Of a stretch of DNA of 64,000 nucleotides, positions 56,945 to 64,000 are shown one piece after another. A program made the position numbers and the translations under genes. A model generated the notes under the pieces. The model did no database searches, was not told the origin of the DNA, and saw only the letters and a program-made list of their open reading frames with translations. Source of the stretch: the human T2T-CHM13v2.0 reference genome, Homo sapiens; assembly GCF_009914755.1 (NCBI RefSeq), contig NC_060926.1; one strand, given 5' to 3'. The number at the start of each line of letters is the position of its first letter. Position 1 is the stretch's first letter.

Positions 56945-57085
56945 TACTAGGGAAGCATATTTATTAGGCATCTTCAATGTGCTAAGTGGTATTTAGAGGC
57001 ATAAGAAGAATTAGAAGATATGGCTCCTATTCTTGGAACCAGCTGGATGAAATAAATCCATGCTTAGAAGAAAAAAAAAAACACT
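56945..57085 (-). mobile_element. L2 fragment
   Basis: aagcatatttattaggcatcttcaatgtgctaag..agatatggctcctattct. Confidence 0.45.
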
Positions 57086-58504
57086 AGAGAAAAGAATAAT
57101 AAAGCAAAGTACATACAATCAACTGCTATAATAAGGGTAAGAGGATATACTGCTGTACAGAAATGCACACACATGAAGGTGGAAGCATGGTGAAGAGGAT
57201 TTGTATAAATGACAAAAGGGGAAATAGACCATCCAGAAAGACAGACGATATTGAAAATTCTTTCTTGATGCAGATTACAAAGTTCGGATAGAGATGATCC
57301 ATGGTAGTCAATGGAGATTTCCATTATATGGGCATCTGTCGGCAGTCTCATTATAGAAGAAAAATGAGTGCCTAAGAAATCAAGTAGCTTTGCTGCGAAT
57401 TTTACTGCTGGGAAGGATACCATGGGGAAATGGTTAACAGGATTTTTTTTTTCTAGCCAGAAGAGTCCGTTGATAATCTTAACCAGTCAGGAGGCTTCAG
57501 GGAAACTGATGGTGATATTTTGGACTTCTAAATATAGAATGAATTAGAAATAACCTGGACTTTAGGAAAATAAGTGTACCTAAAGCTATGTTAATGAAAT
57601 AATAAAGACTGAAATGCAACCCAATTAGAGAAACTATGGAGAATTTAGTTGGCAAAAGGATTTCTTTGAATTCAAATTTGAGCAGAACAGAGACCCTTTG
57701 TTTGAAACGTCAGCAGGCCCTTTGTTCTCCCCAGTGACATATGGCTTTAAAGTCTAGCTTAGCTTTAAGTCAATCACTTAATCTGGGTTTCTCTGTGAAC
57801 TACCTTTAAGACTCCAGAAAGACATTTCGAGGTGCATGGGTGAGTTGAGTGGTATAAATAGTGCCCCATTTGAGGAGAGAAGCCTTTCTGCCTTATTCCT
57901 AGATGGTTGGTCTTTGCATAATAACTCTGCTACCTACTTTTTGCCACTTGTGAATTTCCTGTTCATAGAGGACATTAGGAGAAATTGTCTCATGTTTGGG
58001 GTGTACCAAAACATTTGAACGAGAGGAAAAGAACTGTGAACATTGGGGAAGGCTGCTCAAGTTAGATTTTTGTCATAGTGCACATTAAGTTGTGCTGACC
58101 CAGATATTCCATTTCAACTGTTTCCCACATCCACTAGAAAATCTTAGTATCAGCAAGCATGTGGCCTGGCGAGCTGGGAGTATTAACTTGTGGTCTGACC
58201 AGGATTCTTCGTCATTTTAGCACAGCCTTGGCCATGGTTAGCAAGGCGGTTCTAACCTTGTTATTCTAATTATTCTCTCACTTTGGGTGTGATTCCTGTT
58301 AGTCCTTCCACTTAAAACAGATGGAAGAGTGACCTGTACATTGGGAAAGGTCATCTGTGTCTTGATTTTTTTTATCTGGAAGTTTTCACTTATAAAGATG
58401 TTGTAATTATAATTATTATGATTATTTTGTACTTAAATTGGGCAGTGCTGAGATCTAAAACAAACTCTAGGTCTGATTATTTTCTGAAGAAAATAACATT
58501 GTAC

Positions 58505-58919
58505 CTCATATATACCATGGAATACTATGCAGCCATAAAAAGGAATGAGATCATGTCCTCTGCAGGGACATGGTTGGAGCTGGAAGGCATTATCCTCAGC
58601 AAGCTAACTCAGGAACAGAAAACCAAACACCACATGTTCTCACTTATAAGTGAGAGCTGCACAATGAGAACACATGGACACAGGGAAGGAAATGGCACAC
58701 ACTGGGGCCTGTCATGGGGTGGGGTTGGGGGAGGGAGAGCATTGGGAAAAATAGCCAATATATGCCAGGCTTAATACCTAGATGATGGGTTGATAGGTGC
58801 AGCAAACCACCATTGCACACGTTTACCTATGTAACAAGCCAGCACATCCTGCACGTGTACCCCAGAACTTAAAATTAAAATTAAAATTAATTTTAAGAAA
58901 AGAAAGTTAAAAAAAAAAA
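58505..58919 (+). mobile_element. 5'-truncated LINE-1 (about L1PA11-13) 3' end
   Basis: [14 protein letters not shown].. ORF2 tail, 3'UTR ggaaaaatagccaat..ggcttaatacctag, A-rich tail; perfect 18-bp TSD aagaaaataacattgtac at 58487-58504 and 58920-58937. Confidence 0.93.
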
Positions 58920-59199
58920 AAGAAAATAACATTGTACTGAAGCAAAACTAGTTACTCTGTCCTTTTACCATAAGATGTGAGCTGTAGATTATAATGAACC
59001 ACTGAACAGTTCCAACCAAAATTATAACTTTTGATTAAGTAGTATGGCTTGGCTGCTGAATCACCAGTGTGAAAACCCATCCCTGGAGAACGTGGAGCCC
59101 GAGATGACATGGGTAGCCACTGTTGGTGGAAAAAGCAGAAATTTTTGAAGAGTGACCAAAGTCAGGAACATAACAGACAAATTCTGGGGAGCAACAGGC

Positions 59200-59300
59200 A
59201 GTATTTATTGATTCATCCCACAAATGTGTAGGAGCACATACTATGTGCCAGGTGCTGGAAAAAGAGCAGTGACATGCTCCAGGCTCAAAGTGCACTGACC
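59200..59300 (-). mobile_element. L2 3' fragment
   Basis: attcatcccacaaatgtgtaggagcacatactatgtgccaggtgctgg. Confidence 0.6.
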
Positions 59301-59386
59301 TAACTTCAGAAAGATGTCTGCATCGCCTCTATAATCTCAGAACATTAACCCATGAGTGGTCTCAGATGTTAAGAAAACTGGTAAAT

Positions 59387-59850
59387 GTATCACTCAGGAT
59401 GATTTTGGTGGTAAGTAATAGAAAACCCAACTCAAACTGGCATTAACAATAAGGTTAATTTATTGGCTGATACAACTGAAAGCCCAGAAATCATGAGACA
59501 GTTTGATGAGGGCTCTGGCTCCAATTTTTTATATTCTCTTGGATCTTCCTTTTTTAAGTGCCACCTTTAACTTTAGGCTAGCTTCCCTCTTGAGGACAAA
59601 ATGGAAGCTATAGTTTAGGGTTCACATTCCCATACCAGATTATTCAGAAAAATCAAGCTTCCCAAGCAATGGCCTAAAGTCATAAGCCATTGACATTTAC
59701 CTCTGCATCAATCACCATGACAGAAGGGAAGGAATTTTGCTGATTGATTTAAGCCAATGAGGGTACATACCTGAACCTGGCAGTGGGGGTAGTCCCAGTC
59801 AACCTCATGGCTGCTCTTCCAATGGAGAAATAAATGCTAAGAGAAGCATG
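59387..59850 (-). mobile_element. Old MaLR LTR (MLT1K-like)
   Basis: taagtaatagaaaacccaactcaaactggcattaacaataagg..tttattggct..aatcaccatgacagaagg..ctgattgatttaagccaat. Confidence 0.65.
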
Positions 59851-60288
59851 ACAGCAAACCCAAGCATTCATTCAGATATTCAGTATTAGAAACAGAAGAT
59901 TTATCAAAGGCTTCCTGTTTAGGCAGAAAACTGATGAGCTGCAGAAGACATACACTCATTGCTGTTGGCAAAAATCTCAGAAAGCACAGGAAAGTCTACG
60001 AAAGGCAAAAGTTTCCATGTCTGCTTCTGATAACCTCAAAGCGTTTTCCTACAGCCCCCTTTTAATGAGTTCCTCATTCATGGGCCCAAATATTTGAACA
60101 CAGTGACCTTAAAAACTTAACCACAGATGACTGGTCCAAGAAAGGGACCTGATCCAAAGGCAGCAATCTATGGACTGGCCTACAAAATGGCCTAACAAAA
60201 GAGCTTAGTGCTACCGGGATTTTCTATTCTGGATGGTGACTACCTGATTCTGTCAGATCCTATAGGGTGTTGGACTATAAGATATACA

Positions 60289-61184
60289 AGTCAAAAATAG
60301 TGAAGAGGTCTAACCTTCCTTGCAAGCTAACAATTTAGTTGGCCATGCTTTAATGGATGCTGGCAAAAAAAAAAAGACATCTGTGTAAGAGACAAAGGAC
60401 TTATTACTCACAGCTCAGCGAGCATAAACTTCATATTTGCCTCAATTTCTCTTGTCCCCCACCCCTCTAACTTCCAAAGGTGTGACACGGAACAGCCATG
60501 CAATGTAGTAGGTGATATAGTTTGGATGTCCCCTCCAAATCTCATGTTGAGATGTAATCCCCCTTGTGGAGATGGGGCCTGATGGGAGGTATTTGGGTCA
60601 TGCAGGGCAGATCCCTCATGACTTGGTGCTGTCCTCATGACAGTGAGAGAGTTCTCATGAGATCTTGCTGTTTAACAGCATGTGGCACCTCCCCTGCACT
60701 CTCTCTCTCTTGCTCCCACTCTCACCATGTGATACATGGGCTCCCCCTTTGCCTTCTGCCATGATTGTAAGCTTCTTAAGGCCTCACCAGAAGCCAAGCA
60801 GATGCCGGTGCCATGCTTCCTATAGTACCTACAGAACTGTGAGCCAATTAAGCCTCTTTTCTTTATAAATTACCCAGTCTCAGGCATTTCTTTATAGCAA
60901 TGCCAGAGTAGCCTAATAGTAGATTTGCATCACACTCAAGGAACCTTGAACCTAGAAAACCTAAATCTTTTATAATGAATTGCTAGCAAACTTGCCCTTT
61001 CTTTGCCCCAAAGGAGATATTATCTTTATTATACGAAACAAAAAGTAAAGCCATCTTTCACTCTGGAGAGTCCATTTGCCATGTAAACACCCAGGAAAAG
61101 ATAGTCCAAAACAAAAGTTGTCAATGCCCCTGATCACGAGATGTGCAGAAATGCAAGAGACCCAAGGAGAATTGTCTCCCAACA
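60289..61184 (-). mobile_element. ERVL LTR (LTR40-like), split by MST
   Basis: The minus strand starts tgttgggagacaattctccttgggtctcttgcatttctgcac; the far end has cttgcaagctaacaa..ggatgctggca..gagacaaaggacttatta. Confidence 0.75.
60513..60918 (+). mobile_element. MaLR solo LTR (MSTB-like)
   Basis: tgatatagtttggatgtcccctccaaatctcatg..ttataaattacccagtctcagg..gcctaata; TSD gtagg/gtaga. Confidence 0.88.
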
Positions 61185-62824
61185 GCAGCAGACAAAAGAA
61201 AGCTACAGACACTGAGATAAACACAAAGAATAGGCTGTAAGTACTGACAGCAGAAGCCATGAGGTAGAGAGAAAGAAAGGAATGAAAGCTATTGCATTAG
61301 CGGCAGGAGAAATAAGCAAGAAAGGACATACCATCATCATGCCAATGGAAGTGTGTTGATATCTATAAACATGAGCTGCAATCATATTCTCTCATTAAAT
61401 AGATAGTGCAGTACTTCTGAAGAAGTTATCAGTGAATGTGGGATCATTTTGTTTGACAGTGGAAATTTCTCACACTATCCACTAACCTACCCTGTCACCA
61501 TAGTCAAGCAAGTCAAGCTAGAATCTCTGACTGTGTCAGCCTCCGGGGTTTTGTAGAAAATTTGTATTATGGAGATGTGGGCTAAATACTGGAGGTGATT
61601 CACTTCAGAAAGCTAAGCATTGGGAAACCATCTCTATCACAGTAACCATTTATGTTAAAGAAACTGATTTTGCACTGTTTTTAGCCTCCTGTATTTTATT
61701 TCTTTCCATCTTAATCTAACATTCTTTTCTAGACAAGAGATGTTTATTGTTATTTGTCAGTGGCAATAGCCAGATGTTCTAGATATACCTTTGTTAAAGG
61801 CAACACAATTATCTCAAAGGGCAATATTTATTTTAGACACTAACTTGGCCTCTGTTGCCAATTTTTCTAGTTATGGTTAGTTCATTGTACTTTGTCTCCA
61901 AAAAACAAATATCCCAAATTTTTTACATGAAGTGTACACTCAAAGCAGGCATCTTAAGTTGTTACTACCTCTTATTTATATTGCATTAAGTATTTTATTC
62001 ACTCCCACAATAACGACAACTAAAAAAAAACTTCCTGTTCATTGATAATTAGATGTTTTGCTTCATTTGGACTTCCTCCAACAATCTTCTGTTCAGATTC
62101 AGCTCTTATAATTAATTATCCTCTTGCTGAACAACTAAAAACTGAAGTCTGACCAAAGTACATCTCATCCCACACAGATGTCCTAGTTACTCCACAAAAG
62201 GTTAATTAATCATAAGAGGTGCTTTAGAGCAGGAGGCGCTGGAAGAAATTCAGACCTAGTTTCTGGCAACACAGAAAAACTACCATCATGCCCCTTGTTA
62301 TTGAGCTCACACTGAGAGAATCATTTCAATGGAGCAGAAATCCAACTGCATGAACGAAATAGCTGGTGGATATAATATCATGCCTCAGATAATGGAGCAC
62401 ACCACTTCCCAGTCACTGATGATTCAGAATCCCAGCCTGCCTGCAAGAGAAGGTCAGCACTGTTTGTCCTCATTTAACAGAGGTGCCTGAAAATCCCAAA
62501 TCGCAACAATGGCAGAAGCAATCTTCATTGTTCTCCTCTCTTTGGCTGGGTGCCATTTTGTAACAGGAATGAGCCCTCTTCTCCAGCCAAAACAGTCTAC
62601 ACACAGTCGTCCAAATACACCTTGCATTTTCCAACCTGTGGCTTCAGTCATGCTAATCCCTCCAGTCCAGGTATAAACTTGTCTTCTTCCACCACCTAGC
62701 CAAACCCTATAATTCAGTCAAGAACCAGTTCAAATAACTCTTCCTCATACACCTGCATGCGGAACATTCCAACCCAATGGAAGTGCGTCCTCTTTTGATT
62801 CAGGAGCAGCTGTGGTGCGTTAGA

Positions 62825-63030
62825 AGGAGCACTGTCCTGAAACAGAAAATAGATGCAATATTGGCTGTATTAAATGTGTAACTTTGAGCAAGATATTTAA
62901 CTCCTGTGAGCCTCAGCTTTCTGTTCAATAAAACGAGAAGAAGAATAGCTACTTTGTAGGCTTTATTGTGGAAATTAAATAAAATCAGGATTATGAAAAT
63001 GTTTATCATTTTGTTGCTGCTCAGCACATA
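62825..63030 (+). mobile_element. MIR SINE
   Basis: tgtgtaactttgagcaagatatttaactcctgtgagcctcagctttctgttcaataaaac..ttgtggaaattaaat. Confidence 0.75.
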
Positions 63031-63611
63031 TTTCTTTGCTTACTTGATAATTGACATCCCTGTGTTTTAGTTTGCTTTCTTTAGTTGTTTTTTCTTCCCC
63101 TTTTAACAAAAGATGTGAGAGAAAGTCACCTTAAAATAGTTCTCAAAATAGTAATCATCATCATCCCTTTCTGGGAACAGGGATGTAATAAATTGTGTGC
63201 TCTAAAGATCTATGAGATTTCCTTTTGGAGGAGCAGGGACAGAAAAGAGGTCAGGACTCAGATCAAGAATCTGAACCCATCATGGCCAAGCACTGGAGGA
63301 CTCATTTCTGGTGCTGGAGATGGCTGTGAATTGAACAGGAGAAGAGTCCACTGCAATAGGTCATGCTGTTAGAGGTAGCATCCACAGGAGATGAGCACAA
63401 CTGTGGTTCCCTTCACCCAGACGAGGTGTCTCTCTGTTACCAGCATGCTTTCCTAGACATGAAGAGAGACTACATATGAGTTTCCAGGTCCCCTTGGGAA
63501 TCAGAAAAAAAAAGTGCTCCATATTCTGGAGATGAAAGGGAAGTGATGCTCTGGTGACAGCCATAAATCATCTCATTGAGTCTCATAAACTGTTAGCATG
63601 CCTTTTCTCCC

Positions 63612-63700
63612 CAACAGACTCTAAACTCCTGGAGGCCAAAAACTAGTTTGAAGTGTTTTATCTGTCCCTCAGGCCCTGAGCTCAGCGTGCACTTAGGTTC
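63612..63700 (+). mobile_element. L2 3' fragment
   Basis: cagactctaaactcctggaggccaaaaact. Confidence 0.4.
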
Positions 63701-64000
63701 TGGTTTGTTTCCATGGGCTTTACTTGATTAGCCACTCTTCTTGTTCTCTCCACCATCTTTTCCTTGTTTATTGTTTAGCCATAATTTAGACCATATTAAA
63801 GTGGATTCTAAATCAATATCGAAGACTCTAGATGGTCAATGTTTTCTCCTTGCTGAATGATTCCTTCCATTTCTCTTGGAAGCTCCCATTGAAATGGAGA
63901 ATTAACAAGCTTGCGGGAAGAAGAGAGCGGGAAGGGAGCAGGAAAGAGGATATTTGGCTATGGAATAGGAGCAAAAAATGCAATTTGTCTTTCATGAATA

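Overview
Primate genomic DNA, probably human or great ape (Alu elements plus an L1PA2-type 3' end). The window is repeat-dense and apparently non-coding; I recognise no host protein-coding exon, tRNA or rRNA. Every ORF-track protein with recognisable similarity is a decayed LINE-1 ORF1/ORF2 fragment or an Alu/LTR read-through. Main structures: (i) a full-length but dead L1PA7-type element (2365-8779, 14-bp TSD); (ii) a 13-kb nest at 30162-43520, where an MLT1 LTR holds an L1MA5-like element, which holds an Alu and a poly(A)-less 5'UTR+ORF1-only L1 with a 17-bp TSD, which in turn holds an antisense L1PA8-type element; (iii) many solo LTRs, MER2/Tigger DNA-transposon relics, MIR/L2 fragments and microsatellites. 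I found no convincing wholly new biological system. The best leads are the apparently internally primed, 3'-truncated L1 insertion, an open ORF0-like frame in the L1PA8 5'UTR, a perfect oestrogen-response palindrome in an ERV1 LTR, and several templated rearrangements or hairpins. Subfamily names come from remembered consensus motifs and need RepeatMasker/Dfam confirmation; boundaries without TSDs are approximate.
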